DNA of 64,000 nucleotides from an uncultured Clostridia bacterium (GTDB lineage Bacteria > Bacillota > Limnochordia > Darwinibacteriales > DTU012), in assembly GCA_900019385.1 (NCBI GenBank), contig FIZJ01000011.1:4006-68005 (forward strand), written 5' to 3'. Shown one piece after another: positions 44,904 to 53,076 of the stretch. The translations under genes were made by a program, and so were the position numbers. Numbering within the stretch: the stretch's first letter is position 1; the number at the start of each line of letters is the position of its first letter. A model generated the notes under the pieces. The model did no database searches. It was given only the letters and a program-made list of their open reading frames with translations, and was not told the origin of the DNA.

Positions 44904-45404
44904 ATGTTGGCAAGGCCTAGAAAAAACAGCCCGGCCCGGAGCCTTTGCCTGGCAGCCCTGGTGCTGGGATTGACTGCGGCGCTGCCTGTATGCGCGGCTG
45001 CCGAAACACTCCAGGTGAGCTTCACTGTCGAACCCTACACTTCTCTGGAACTGACTGAATCCAGCATCGCGTTCGCGCCGGTGCCGCCTGGTTCCTCGGT
45101 GGAGCAGACGGTGCAGGCGATTGTCAAGGCCAATGTCACTTGGGAGCTTAGGATTTCTGGCACACAGTCGGCGACAGGGCCGGATGGCTCCGGGGTGATG
45201 TTTTGTTCGAGAATCTATACATATGATTTTCTTGGAGTATGGGGGGAGCTTGGCACAATTGCACAGCGTGTTTATGTAAACCAACCCCCCACCGACGACC
45301 AGGGCGTTGTGGTGGACATCCCCCTCCGCTTCGAAGCAGACTTCAATGATCCGCCGGGTACCTATCAGACGCAAATCCAGCTGACGTTGGTGCCGATCAT
45401 ATGA
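44904..45404 (+). CDS. Secreted beta-sandwich protein, pilin/SCPU/WxL-like (tentative)
   Basis: SD AGGAGG with best spacing to ATG 44904. Signal peptide ending CAAAE. The pattern is all-beta, and the C-terminal PGTYQTQIQLTLVPII resembles the G.Y...v.v.v tail of SCPU/Csu-type and WxL-type surface subunits. Confidence 0.45.
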   Translation: MLARPRKNSPARSLCLAALVLGLTAALPVCAAAETLQVSFTVEPYTSLELTESSIAFAPVPPGSSVEQTVQAIVKANVTWELRISGTQSATGPDGSGVMFCSRIYTYDFLGVWGELGTIAQRVYVNQPPTDDQGVVVDIPLRFEADFNDPPGTYQTQIQLTLVPII

Positions 45405-46108
45405 TCAAACAGCGCTGGATTCTATGCTTGGCGGCAGTCCTGTCGCTCAGCGCCGGCGCCGCCGCGGCGGTCAAGGTCTCTCCAGTGGTGATCGACGCCT
45501 ACCAGGTGGAGCAGGGACAAATGTTTACAGTGACCCTTTACAACTCCAAGGCCCATCCAGTGGATGTGAACCTGGAATGGGGCTGGTTTGATTTGCAGGA
45601 AGACGGTACGGTAGTGTTGGACAATGCAGCCGGCCAAGAGCAGGATTGGCTTCACCTTCCTGTTTCCAACTGCCGCCTGGAGCCTGAATCCGCCGCTCAA
45701 ATCCAGGTTGCGCTGGCAAGAGCCGATTTCACGGCTATCACGCCGGTTTTGTACATCAATCTTCAGGATCCCACAGAGCCTGTCAGCCTGCGGGTGGCGG
45801 TCCTGTTCGCCCTGAGTTTGGAACGGCCTGCGCAGCCGGCGCAGCTGGAGGTTTTAGGCTGTGATGCGGCGAATCTGCGGATTAGAGCGGCCAACCCCAA
45901 TACCTGCCACATCTTTTTCGACGGGGTGCTCAGGCTCTATCGGGCAGGGGCGCTGGTTAAGGAAGTCAGCATTCCGCCCAGGCTGATACTGGCAGAATCA
46001 CGGAGGGAGTTCAGCCTTCCGCTGATCCCCGGCGCTGATCAGGCTGTGATCAACAGCAAAACGGCGGCAAGCCTGGTGGTGGAGTTAGCCACCGGTTCTG
46101 ATCTCTAA
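45401..46108 (+). CDS. Secreted Ig-like protein, PapD/DUF916-type chaperone-like (tentative)
   Basis: ATGA overlap with the upstream gene. Signal peptide. VKVSPVVIDAYQVEQGQMFTVTLYNSKAHPVDVNLEW resembles the first strands of periplasmic pilus chaperones (v.v.P.r......g....l.l.N....p..v). Confidence 0.4.
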   Translation: MIKQRWILCLAAVLSLSAGAAAAVKVSPVVIDAYQVEQGQMFTVTLYNSKAHPVDVNLEWGWFDLQEDGTVVLDNAAGQEQDWLHLPVSNCRLEPESAAQIQVALARADFTAITPVLYINLQDPTEPVSLRVAVLFALSLERPAQPAQLEVLGCDAANLRIRAANPNTCHIFFDGVLRLYRAGALVKEVSIPPRLILAESRREFSLPLIPGADQAVINSKTAASLVVELATGSDL

Positions 46109-46158
46109 ACACAGAAAACACGAGCAATCGCCTCTGGATTGGCTCGTGTTTTCTGTGT
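46109..46158. terminator. Bidirectional terminator between convergent genes
   Basis: ACACAGAAAACACGAGC(A)AATC / GATTGGCTCGTGTTTTCTGTGT gives a ~21-bp stem with one bulge. A- and T-runs sit inside the arms, so it can terminate in both directions. Confidence 0.8.
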
Positions 46159-46182
46159 CAGCGGAATTGCCATGCATGGGGG

Positions 46183-47043
46183 CTAGTAAAGGCCGAAGAA
46201 TCGGGGCGTGTATTCAATCCGGCTGATTACCAACCCTCCTTGTATGTCCAAGCAGAAAAAGCTTACCGGTGTGGATTTGCTCACCGTTTCCCCTTTCAGT
46301 ACGAAGACTGCCTCAAGATCGGCAGTCACCTGAAGAGCCGCCTGGTGCATAGTGTACTGGCGGTTGGCGAACCGCAGTTCAGTCAGCTCAATCCCTTGGA
46401 GGTCATTGGCCATTAGGGCGATGAACTGATGGTTGTTGCGGTAGTAGGTCACGGAGCTACCGTGACTGGCGACAATCGTGTAAGCCAGCAAATCAGGGAG
46501 ATCAGCGAACGATTTGGCCAGCAGGCACTCTGCAAACCGATCGAGCAGCTCATCAGGATCCACTGCCGGATTCTTGTATTGGTATTCACCGCTTGTGTAG
46601 GAGATCATACTGGTGATCAACCAGCGATCCCCCGTCCATTTGGTGCCGAAGTTTTCAAAGACAATGCTGAAGGTTTTAGTCTGGATGTACTTCTCCTGGT
46701 TTTTGATCAGCTCCAGGTACAGTTCGGCATCGACAACCACGCTTCCGTCGAGGATCGAGCGGCCGAGCTCTGTGAGAACTGCCTTTTCAATCTCATCGTA
46801 ATCACCGATGAAAGCGATGATCTTGTCCAGATCATCCTTGCTGACAGTCTCCCAGTCCAGGATCAACTGGTCGGCGAGTAGTTCCTGCAGCTTGGCATAG
46901 TCCAGTTTGCCGAGGGCCGATTCTAGTTCTTCAACCTGCCCGTCGATGATCTGGGCTGTGGAAAGGGGCTCAGGTTTCAGCCGGTAGCATCCGGCAAAGG
47001 TTAAAGTGCACAGTAATACAAACAACAACCAATGTGGGCGCAT
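46183..47043 (-). CDS. Lipoprotein of unknown function
   Basis: ATG 47043 has SD AAGGAG 9 nt upstream. The signal peptide carries the lipobox LTFAG-C. There is no family assignment. Confidence 0.55.
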   Translation of the reverse strand: MRPHWLLFVLLCTLTFAGCYRLKPEPLSTAQIIDGQVEELESALGKLDYAKLQELLADQLILDWETVSKDDLDKIIAFIGDYDEIEKAVLTELGRSILDGSVVVDAELYLELIKNQEKYIQTKTFSIVFENFGTKWTGDRWLITSMISYTSGEYQYKNPAVDPDELLDRFAECLLAKSFADLPDLLAYTIVASHGSSVTYYRNNHQFIALMANDLQGIELTELRFANRQYTMHQAALQVTADLEAVFVLKGETVSKSTPVSFFCLDIQGGLVISRIEYTPRFFGLY

Positions 47044-47163
47044 CTTGGCCTGCTCCTTCGTTCCGCCCCCAAAGCTATTATAACTGGAAGAACCAGCCAT
47101 TTTAATGTGCCTAAGGTCCTAATTTTCTAGGACCTGCTTTGATCAGGCTCACTTTGGCAGGGA

Positions 47164-48381
47164 ATGGAGGCTGTGACGCTGAAATATGTTATACACCGAC
47201 TTTTACGCCAGGGGGCAGTTGAATTGCGCACTGAGCTGGATCCCAAGCGAATCGAGGAAATCCTGGTCCATGCTGTGGATGTGTTGGCCGACAGCAAGGA
47301 GCAGATGTTTGAAATTGTGGAAGTAGCCCAGGCCGAGTTCAACCGCATCTCCATGGCCATTGCCCAGTTGAAGCAGGAGATAGCCGCCACTATCGAAGAG
47401 GTTGAGCGGCTGGAGCATGATTTCCGCCTGATCAGAATCCGCCTGGCGGAAGTAAGCCGCAATTTCACCCGCTATGGAGAGGCATCCAGGGAAGCGGTCT
47501 ACCGGCAGGCTGATCGGCTGCGGGAGACTCTGGCGGCGGCGCGGGAGCGGGAAAAGAACCTGCAGAAACAGCGGATCCAGCAGGAACAGGCTCTGCTCCA
47601 TATTTCCCGTTTGGTGGCCAAGGCAGAACAGTCGGTATCCCAGGTGGATATCGCTCTCGAATTCCTGAGAGGCAACCTGGAAGGGCTCAACGAACAGCTG
47701 GCCGACATCCACATGCGCTACCAGCTGGGTCAGCGAATCATCAAGATGCAAGAAGACGAGCGCAAGCGCGTGGCCCGGGAAATTCACGACGGCCCCGCCC
47801 AGGACCTGGCCAACGTGGTATTAAAAGCCGAGATCTGTGAACGGCTCTTTGATGTGAACCGCATGGATGAACTCCGGGCTGAGCTGCAGGATCTCAAATC
47901 CGCCGTTAAGGAAAGCCTCAGCGAGATCCGGAAGATCATCCACAACCTGCGGCCGATGGTGTTGGACGATTTGGGGCTGGTGCCGGCGGTGAAACGGTTG
48001 ATCGACGAAGCTCAGGAGCAGTCAGGCATGGAAATCCAGTTCAACCTGATCGGCACCGAATGCCGCCTGGACTCGGCCATCGAGATCGCACTGTATCGTG
48101 TTGTGCAGGAGGCAATCAACAACACCCGCAAGCATGCCAGTGCATCGCTTGTCCAGGTGAAGCTCGAGTTTTTAACCGACAGAATCAGCGCCGTAATCGA
48201 AGACAACGGTGCCGGTTTCGAGGTGGAGAGATTGAATGAGAGGCTGGCCGGAGGAGATCATTTCGGCCTTTATGGGATGCGGGAACGGGTTGAGCTTCTT
48301 GGGGGCGTTTTCCGAATCCGTTCCAAAAAGGGAGAAGGCACACGGGTGAGTGTGGTGATCCCGCTCAAGCAAAAGGGGTGA
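47164..48381 (+). CDS. degS: DegS-type cytoplasmic sensor histidine kinase
   Basis: No TM segments. RLAEVSRNFTRY and EDERKRVAREIHDGPAQDLANV (H-box) match B. subtilis DegS almost residue for residue as I recall it. RPM.LDDLGL.PA and an HATPase_c domain with GLYGMRERVELLGG are also present. Confidence 0.85.
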   Translation: MEAVTLKYVIHRLLRQGAVELRTELDPKRIEEILVHAVDVLADSKEQMFEIVEVAQAEFNRISMAIAQLKQEIAATIEEVERLEHDFRLIRIRLAEVSRNFTRYGEASREAVYRQADRLRETLAAAREREKNLQKQRIQQEQALLHISRLVAKAEQSVSQVDIALEFLRGNLEGLNEQLADIHMRYQLGQRIIKMQEDERKRVAREIHDGPAQDLANVVLKAEICERLFDVNRMDELRAELQDLKSAVKESLSEIRKIIHNLRPMVLDDLGLVPAVKRLIDEAQEQSGMEIQFNLIGTECRLDSAIEIALYRVVQEAINNTRKHASASLVQVKLEFLTDRISAVIEDNGAGFEVERLNERLAGGDHFGLYGMRERVELLGGVFRIRSKKGEGTRVSVVIPLKQKG

Positions 48382-49070
48382 AAGCGGTGAGGCGGACGGT
48401 TAAAGTGTTGATTGCTGATGACCATTCGCTGCTGCGCAAAGGCCTGGTTCAGCTGTTGGACATGACTGACCAGATCAAAGTGGTGGGGCAGGCACTGGAC
48501 GGCCAGGAAGCGGTGAGGCTTGCGGAACAGCTTCAGCCCGATGTGATTCTGATGGATATCAATATGCCGAAACTGAACGGAATTGAGGCGACGCGCCAGA
48601 TCTGCGCCAAGAACAAAATCCCCATCCTCGCCCTGACTATTCACGACCAGGAAGAGTACATAGCGGAAATGATCCGGGCCGGGGCGCAGGGCTACATTCT
48701 CAAGGACAGCGAATTGAGCAACCTGGTCCAGGCCATCAAAAGGGTGGCCGAGGGAGATTCGTTCTATCCCGCTTCTTTGATGGAAAAAGTGATGACGAAG
48801 TTCCACGAGTTGGTCAAACAGCAGCATGCCGGCACTTATCCCGCGGTGATCCAGGATGCGGATGTCCAAAGCTTGACCAGACGCGAACTGGAAGTCCTCC
48901 AGTGCATCGTCGACGGCATGAGCAACAAGGAGTGCGCAGAGCACCTCTATATCAGCGAAAAGACGGTGAAGAACCACGTCACAAGTCTGCTGCGGAAACT
49001 GAACGTGGAAGACCGGACACAAGCGGCAGTATACGCCGTGCAGAACGGCCTGGTGAAAGTCAGGGCTTAG
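48378..49070 (+). CDS. degU: DegU-type response regulator (NarL/LuxR family)
   Basis: REC domain VLIADDH.L.R.GL..LL...........DG.EA........PDVILMDINMP..NGIEAT. The LuxR HTH is LT.RE.EVL..I..G.SNKE.A..L.ISEKTVKNH. GTGA overlap with degS. Confidence 0.85.
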   Translation: MKAVRRTVKVLIADDHSLLRKGLVQLLDMTDQIKVVGQALDGQEAVRLAEQLQPDVILMDINMPKLNGIEATRQICAKNKIPILALTIHDQEEYIAEMIRAGAQGYILKDSELSNLVQAIKRVAEGDSFYPASLMEKVMTKFHELVKQQHAGTYPAVIQDADVQSLTRRELEVLQCIVDGMSNKECAEHLYISEKTVKNHVTSLLRKLNVEDRTQAAVYAVQNGLVKVRA

Positions 49071-49093
49071 CGCGCTAAGCCCCGGCTTTTTTT
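49063..49093. terminator. Palindromic hairpin spanning the stop codons of degU and the convergent HD gene
   Basis: GGGCTTAGC-GC-GCTAAGCCC followed by CGGCTTTTTTT on the plus strand. TAG (49068-70) and CTA (49075-77) lie in opposite arms. Confidence 0.5.
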
Positions 49094-49785
49094 AGTTGGG
49101 GATGCTGCCCCAAATGGCCTAAAAGCTCAAGCCCGTTGATCACCAGGCGGAAGCGGCACCCAAGCATGGCCGCGGCTTCTTTGCACATGTTCATCCGGTT
49201 GAGATATATTTCGAAGTAATCCATGATTTGGCATGATGACTGGTCGAACTGAATCTCCAGGGTGATCGTCTTGGCGCGGGCGTCCACCGACACCTGGGAG
49301 TCGGTGATGGCCAGGTTGACCCGGTCGTGGATGTTCATCCCAGGCTGATCCGCGTCAATCGCCCGGTTCACCCTGGTGCGGTGGGCGTCACTCTTGTCGG
49401 CAATGATCAGAGCGGCGGTAATCGGTGTGACTGCTTTTCCGATCTCTTCCTCATGGTTGGCGATGGCGGTTGTGATCTCACAGATTTCCGCCAGGTCCAT
49501 GCCCATTTCCCTAAGCTCCATGAACACCAGATTGGCGCCGGTGACACTATGGTGTTTGCGGTTGTGCATGTTGCCGATGTCGTGGAGGTATCCGGCGATT
49601 GCCCCCAGTTCAACGGTGCGGGCGTCAAAACCAAGCTCCGCCAGGATGGCTGCGGTGGTGTTAGCCACGTAAGTGACATGCCGCATCCCGTGTTCTGTAT
49701 ATCCTCGCGCAGTCAGGTAATCGCAGGCGCGTTCGATCATCAACTGGAAGTTGGGGTTGCTGCGGACATCGTTGAGAGTGATCAT
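49075..49785 (-). CDS. HD-domain phosphohydrolase
   Basis: HG.RH......TA..I, YLHDIGN and ..H are HD-superfamily metal ligands. SD GGAGGG lies 5 nt upstream of ATG 49785. I saw no HD-GYP motif. Confidence 0.75.
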   Translation of the reverse strand: MITLNDVRSNPNFQLMIERACDYLTARGYTEHGMRHVTYVANTTAAILAELGFDARTVELGAIAGYLHDIGNMHNRKHHSVTGANLVFMELREMGMDLAEICEITTAIANHEEEIGKAVTPITAALIIADKSDAHRTRVNRAIDADQPGMNIHDRVNLAITDSQVSVDARAKTITLEIQFDQSSCQIMDYFEIYLNRMNMCKEAAAMLGCRFRLVINGLELLGHLGQHPQLKKAGA

Positions 49786-49870
49786 CAAATCCCTCCTCGG
49801 GTATTTTTCTTATTATAAAACATTATTCTTGTTTCAGCCATAGTCCCAGAAAAATAGGACCATTGCCTGA

Positions 49871-49899
49871 TTAAATTCCTGAAAAACCCATGTTAAGAT
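49871..49899 (+). promoter_or_regulatory. Candidate promoter for the flp leader
   Basis: TTAAAT, 17 nt spacer, TGtTAAGAT (extended -10). The transcript would start ~10-15 nt before the riboswitch-like element. Confidence 0.3.
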
Positions 49900-49917
49900 T
49901 ACATTACAAAAAACATA

Positions 49918-50002
49918 ACTCCGAAAAGGTAAACTTACCGAAAGGTAAGGACACAAAGCCACGGGTCTAAGGCTTCAGTGCTATGACAGCCGGGCTGCCG
50001 AA
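49918..50002 (+). ncRNA. c-di-GMP-I (GEMM-I) riboswitch-like aptamer
   Basis: AAAAGGUAAAC-UUACC-GAAA-GGUAAG-GACACAAAGCCACGGGUCUAA...AUGACAGCCGGGCUGCCGAAG parallels the V. cholerae Vc2 aptamer as I recall it (AGGGCAAACC-AUUC-GAAA-GAGU-GGGACGCAAAGCCUCCGGCCUAA...UAGCGGGGUUACCGAUGG). This includes the GNRA-capped first hairpin and the ACRCAAAGCC junction. Not verified by covariance search. Confidence 0.65.
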
Positions 50003-50019
50003 GAACTCTCTGTACATTT

Positions 50020-50044
50020 GGGCACCCGTGGAGTGCCCTTTTTT
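50020..50044 (+). terminator. Expression-platform terminator between the aptamer and flp
   Basis: GGGCAC-CCGTGGA-GTGCCC followed by TTTTTT, 40 nt upstream of the flp ATG. Its 5' arm and loop (ACCCGTGG, 50024-50031) are perfectly complementary to CCACGGGT (49959-49966) in the aptamer. Confidence 0.7.
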
Positions 50045-50084
50045 CGGCTCGCGGAGTGGCAAAAACTGTGAGGAGGGAAAGAAC

Positions 50085-50264
50085 ATGTTGGCTCAGCTGA
50101 AGCGTCTGCTGTTCGACGAAAGCGGACAAGGCATGGTTGAGTACGGGTTGATTCTTGCGTTGATCGCCATCGTGGTGATCGGGGCATTAGTAGTCTTGGG
50201 CCCCAAGATTGCGGACATATTCAGAAGCATCGGAGATGAAATCGACGGAATCTCAGGAACATAA
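50085..50264 (+). CDS. flp: Flp family type IVb pilin
   Basis: 59 aa starting at ATG 50085 (SD GAGGAGGG). The Flp motif is GQG-MVEYGLILALIAIVVIGAL. The longer track ORF would read through the leader terminator. Confidence 0.85.
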   Translation: MLAQLKRLLFDESGQGMVEYGLILALIAIVVIGALVVLGPKIADIFRSIGDEIDGISGT

Positions 50265-50353
50265 CTCCCCTATAGCTAAAACCAATGCGCAGAGCGGCAG
50301 CCAAAAATCCCGCCCCCCAGGCTGCCGCTTTTGCACCCAACGGAGGGAAAGCT

Positions 50354-50878
50354 GTGGATCTGATAAAGGCGGTGCTGCTATCCGCACTCATTCTGGCATG
50401 TTACTATGATGGCCGCAGTCGGATTATCCCCAACAAACTGACTGCCGCGCTGATGGCAGCCGGGCTTGTGACCAATGTGGTCTTTTCGGGCTGGCAGGGG
50501 CTGCTCTTTTCATTGGCGGGGTTCGCGGCAGGCCTCTTGATCCTGTTCGTCCCCTTTTGTCTGGGCGGTATCGGTGCCGGCGATGTGAAGCTTTTGGCAG
50601 CCATCGGCAGCCTGCTGGGCCCTGCTTTTGCCGCTGCTTCTTTCTTGTATGGAGCAATCATCGGCGGGGTTTGGGCGGTGGTTGTCCTGATCAGGCAAAA
50701 GAGCTTGATCCAGTCCCTCAAAGTGGCGGGATACCGGCTGGCAATCTTGGCAAGCGGTCAGAAAATAACCGCTCCGCCGCTTCACACTTTTTCCTCCGGG
50801 AACAACTGGGGGTTTCCCTACGGCATAGCTATCTCTTTGGGAGCGGCAGCCGCCATGGTGCTGGGATTTCCGTTCTAG
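50354..50878 (+). CDS. cpaA: Prepilin peptidase CpaA/TadV (A24 family)
   Basis: GTG 50354 has SD GGAGGG 6 nt upstream. YYDGRSRIIPN (first Asp) and GGIGAGDVKLLAAIG (second Asp). It has five or six TM segments. Confidence 0.8.
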   Translation: MDLIKAVLLSALILACYYDGRSRIIPNKLTAALMAAGLVTNVVFSGWQGLLFSLAGFAAGLLILFVPFCLGGIGAGDVKLLAAIGSLLGPAFAAASFLYGAIIGGVWAVVVLIRQKSLIQSLKVAGYRLAILASGQKITAPPLHTFSSGNNWGFPYGIAISLGAAAAMVLGFPF

Positions 50879-50890
50879 GGGGGAAGGCAG

Positions 50891-51283
50891 GTGCTGTGCA
50901 GAGTTCTTGGCCGCGAACAAGGCCAGGCCTTGGTGGAACTGGCCGTTACCCTAACCGTGCTTTTACTGATCATTTTCGGCATCATCGAGTTTTCCCGCAT
51001 CGGCTACACATACATCCTGGTGGCCCATGCCAGCCGGGAGGGCGCCCGGGTCGGAGCCCTAAGGCAGTCGGACGACCAGATTTATCTGGCGGTAAATGAC
51101 GCGCTGGCGGGTATCGGCAATGTTCCGATCATGGTCTCGATTGACCCCAACGATACTCGGCGCTACAGGCGCCAACCCGTGGCTGTGCAGGTCACTGTGC
51201 AGCTGCCGCTTTTGACACCACTGAGCGTGCTGCTGCCGGATCCGTTTCCAATCAAGTGCAAGACTGTGATGCGCGTGGAGTGA
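50891..51283 (+). CDS. tadE: TadE-like pseudopilin
   Basis: GQALVELAVTLTVLLLIIFGIIEFSR is the TadE N-terminal motif. 130 aa. Confidence 0.7.
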   Translation: MLCRVLGREQGQALVELAVTLTVLLLIIFGIIEFSRIGYTYILVAHASREGARVGALRQSDDQIYLAVNDALAGIGNVPIMVSIDPNDTRRYRRQPVAVQVTVQLPLLTPLSVLLPDPFPIKCKTVMRVE

Positions 51284-51295
51284 GGGTGGAACGAG

Positions 51296-52198
51296 ATGGG
51301 TAAGTTCAAAGATGAATCAGGCGTCATTCTGGTGCTGGTAGTGGCAGGCATGACCGCCTTTCTCGGCTTGTTGGGCCTGGTGATTGACCTGGGCCAAATC
51401 TATATGGAACGAGTGCGTTTATCCCGGGCGGTGGACGCGGCGGTTTTCGCCGGCGTCCAGGAACTGCCGGGGCAGCCCGAGCAGGCGGTGGCCAAGGCTT
51501 ACGAATACAGCCAAGCCAACAACGTCGCGGTGGAAAATGTCGAGGTTAAACTCGGCAACGGCAACCGCTTGATCAACGTCAGGGCGGAAAAGCGGGTCAA
51601 GCTCTATCTGCTTGGTCTGTTTGGATACAAGGACTATCCTGTTTCAGCCGAAGCCGCGGCGGTGGTGGGAGCGGCTTCCGGAGTAAGCGGCGTGATCCCG
51701 GTTGGTGTCCCCTGGCAGGACTTTGAGTTTGGGCAATCAGTGATCCTCAAATACGACCCCCATTCCGGCGGGAGCCAGCAGGGGAACTTCGGAGCCTTGG
51801 CCTTGGGAGGGACAGGCGCCAACAACTACCGCAACAACCTGAAGTACGGCTACCAGGGTGTGCTGCGGGTTGGGGATCAGGTGTACACCGAGCCGGGCAA
51901 CATGGCTGGGCCCACCCGGGACGGAGTGAAGTACCGGCTGCAGCAGGCAGGGGACGGAGCCGGGCTCAAATGGTACGAACACAACGCCCGTGTAGCGATC
52001 GTGCCGATTGTGGACAGCTTCGATGTCAAGGGGCGGGATTTGGTGACGATTGTGGGATTTGCCGCCTTTTACCTGGAGGACGTGGAGGCCAAGGGGAATG
52101 ATGCCACGATCAGAGGCAGATTCATCCGCCTTGTCATTGACGGCGAAATCGCGGCCGGGCCTGATTACGGGCTCCTTGCTTATCAGCTGATTAAGTAG
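51296..52198 (+). CDS. tadG: TadG-like pilus assembly protein
   Basis: N-terminal hydrophobic segment ILVLVVAGMTAFLGLLGLVIDLGQIY..R..L..A.DAA..AG, typical of the TadG/TadE-G-like family. Confidence 0.65.
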   Translation: MGKFKDESGVILVLVVAGMTAFLGLLGLVIDLGQIYMERVRLSRAVDAAVFAGVQELPGQPEQAVAKAYEYSQANNVAVENVEVKLGNGNRLINVRAEKRVKLYLLGLFGYKDYPVSAEAAAVVGAASGVSGVIPVGVPWQDFEFGQSVILKYDPHSGGSQQGNFGALALGGTGANNYRNNLKYGYQGVLRVGDQVYTEPGNMAGPTRDGVKYRLQQAGDGAGLKWYEHNARVAIVPIVDSFDVKGRDLVTIVGFAAFYLEDVEAKGNDATIRGRFIRLVIDGEIAAGPDYGLLAYQLIK

Positions 52199-52215
52199 GC
52201 TGGGAGGGTATAAAC

Positions 52216-53076
52216 GTGAAAAGCAAAGTTCTGCTGTTTATTGCACTGAGCTTGGGGCTTATTTCCGCTTTTTTGACATATAACTACCTGACCGGCCTGA
52301 CTGCTGTCCAAGATGCGGAAATGGTGGATGTGGTGGTTGCCCTTACGAAAATTCCGGCCAACACCGAGATCCGCGCCAACATGCTCGCCTGGAAAAAAAT
52401 CCCCAAAGAAGCACTCCACCCTGACGCGGTCCAGAACCTTCAGGACGCCCAAGGCAGAATCACCGCCAACGACATCTTTGCCGGAGAACAGGTGCTGTGG
52501 AGCCGGCTGCTGCCGAAAGGGACAGTGCCCGGACTTTCCTACAATATTCCCGAGGACAAGCGGGCAGTCACTGTCGCCGTCAATGAGGTGATCGGCGTCG
52601 CTGGGTTCATCAAACCTGGGGACAAGGTGGATGTGATTGCCACCTTTGCTTTTGATCCACCCCAGTCCACCACCATCCTGCAAAATGTGACTGTCCTGGC
52701 CATCGCCCAAGAGATGCAGAGCGACGCGGAACAAAAGGCCAAACTGAGCACCAGTGTCACTTTCGCCTTAAGCCCCAGCCAGGCGGAACGGCTGGTGCTG
52801 GCGGAATCCCTGGGAGAAATCCGCTTGGCATTAAGGCCGCCCCAGGCGGTGGGCATTGCTTCCGCCAAAGGCACCACAGCCCATGACATCGTACCCCTGG
52901 CTTACAGCAAACATGGGGACACTCTGGCCGAGCGGCACGAAGTCGCTTCAAAATCCGAGCCTGCTCAAGCCTCGTCCAGCTCAGCGCCGGTGGCTTTACC
53001 GCTTGACATGAAGGATGGAATCGAGATCGAAATATACCGGGGGACAAGGCGGGAGGTGCAGCTGGTTCATGAATAG
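52216..53076 (+). CDS. cpaB: Flp pilus assembly protein CpaB/RcpC (SAF domain)
   Basis: N-terminal TM and a SAF-like block (VVVA...IPA.T.I....L....IP). RAVTVAV.EV.GVAGFI.PGD.VDV is typical of CpaB. Confidence 0.8.
   Translation: MKSKVLLFIALSLGLISAFLTYNYLTGLTAVQDAEMVDVVVALTKIPANTEIRANMLAWKKIPKEALHPDAVQNLQDAQGRITANDIFAGEQVLWSRLLPKGTVPGLSYNIPEDKRAVTVAVNEVIGVAGFIKPGDKVDVIATFAFDPPQSTTILQNVTVLAIAQEMQSDAEQKAKLSTSVTFALSPSQAERLVLAESLGEIRLALRPPQAVGIASAKGTTAHDIVPLAYSKHGDTLAERHEVASKSEPAQASSSSAPVALPLDMKDGIEIEIYRGTRREVQLVHE

Noticed and set aside
43587-45374. 595-aa ORF on the minus strand, the longest unexplained ORF in the track.
   Set aside because: It lies antisense to metK, whose identity is unambiguous, and runs on across the metK terminator and the next promoter. 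Its translation is Arg/Pro/Gly-rich and low in complexity, as expected for a shadow ORF in GC-rich DNA.
49075-49785. HD-domain protein considered as an HD-GYP c-di-GMP phosphodiesterase paired with the neighbouring riboswitch.
   Set aside because: No HHE...GYP signature is visible, only generic HD ligands. A functional link to c-di-GMP is therefore unsupported.
49983-50084. Longer Flp ORF starting at 49983 (93 aa).
   Set aside because: The extension would be translated from the riboswitch 3' end and the intrinsic terminator. The Flp motif and a strong SD fit ATG 50085, giving a typical ~59-aa prepilin.
50557-51099. 180-aa alternative-frame ORF across cpaA/tadE. The Arg-rich ORFs at 4506-4811, 8128-8475 and 62613-62981 are similar.
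   Set aside because: They overlap confidently assigned genes in another frame and have Arg/Gly/Pro-rich composition typical of off-frame translation of GC-rich coding DNA.
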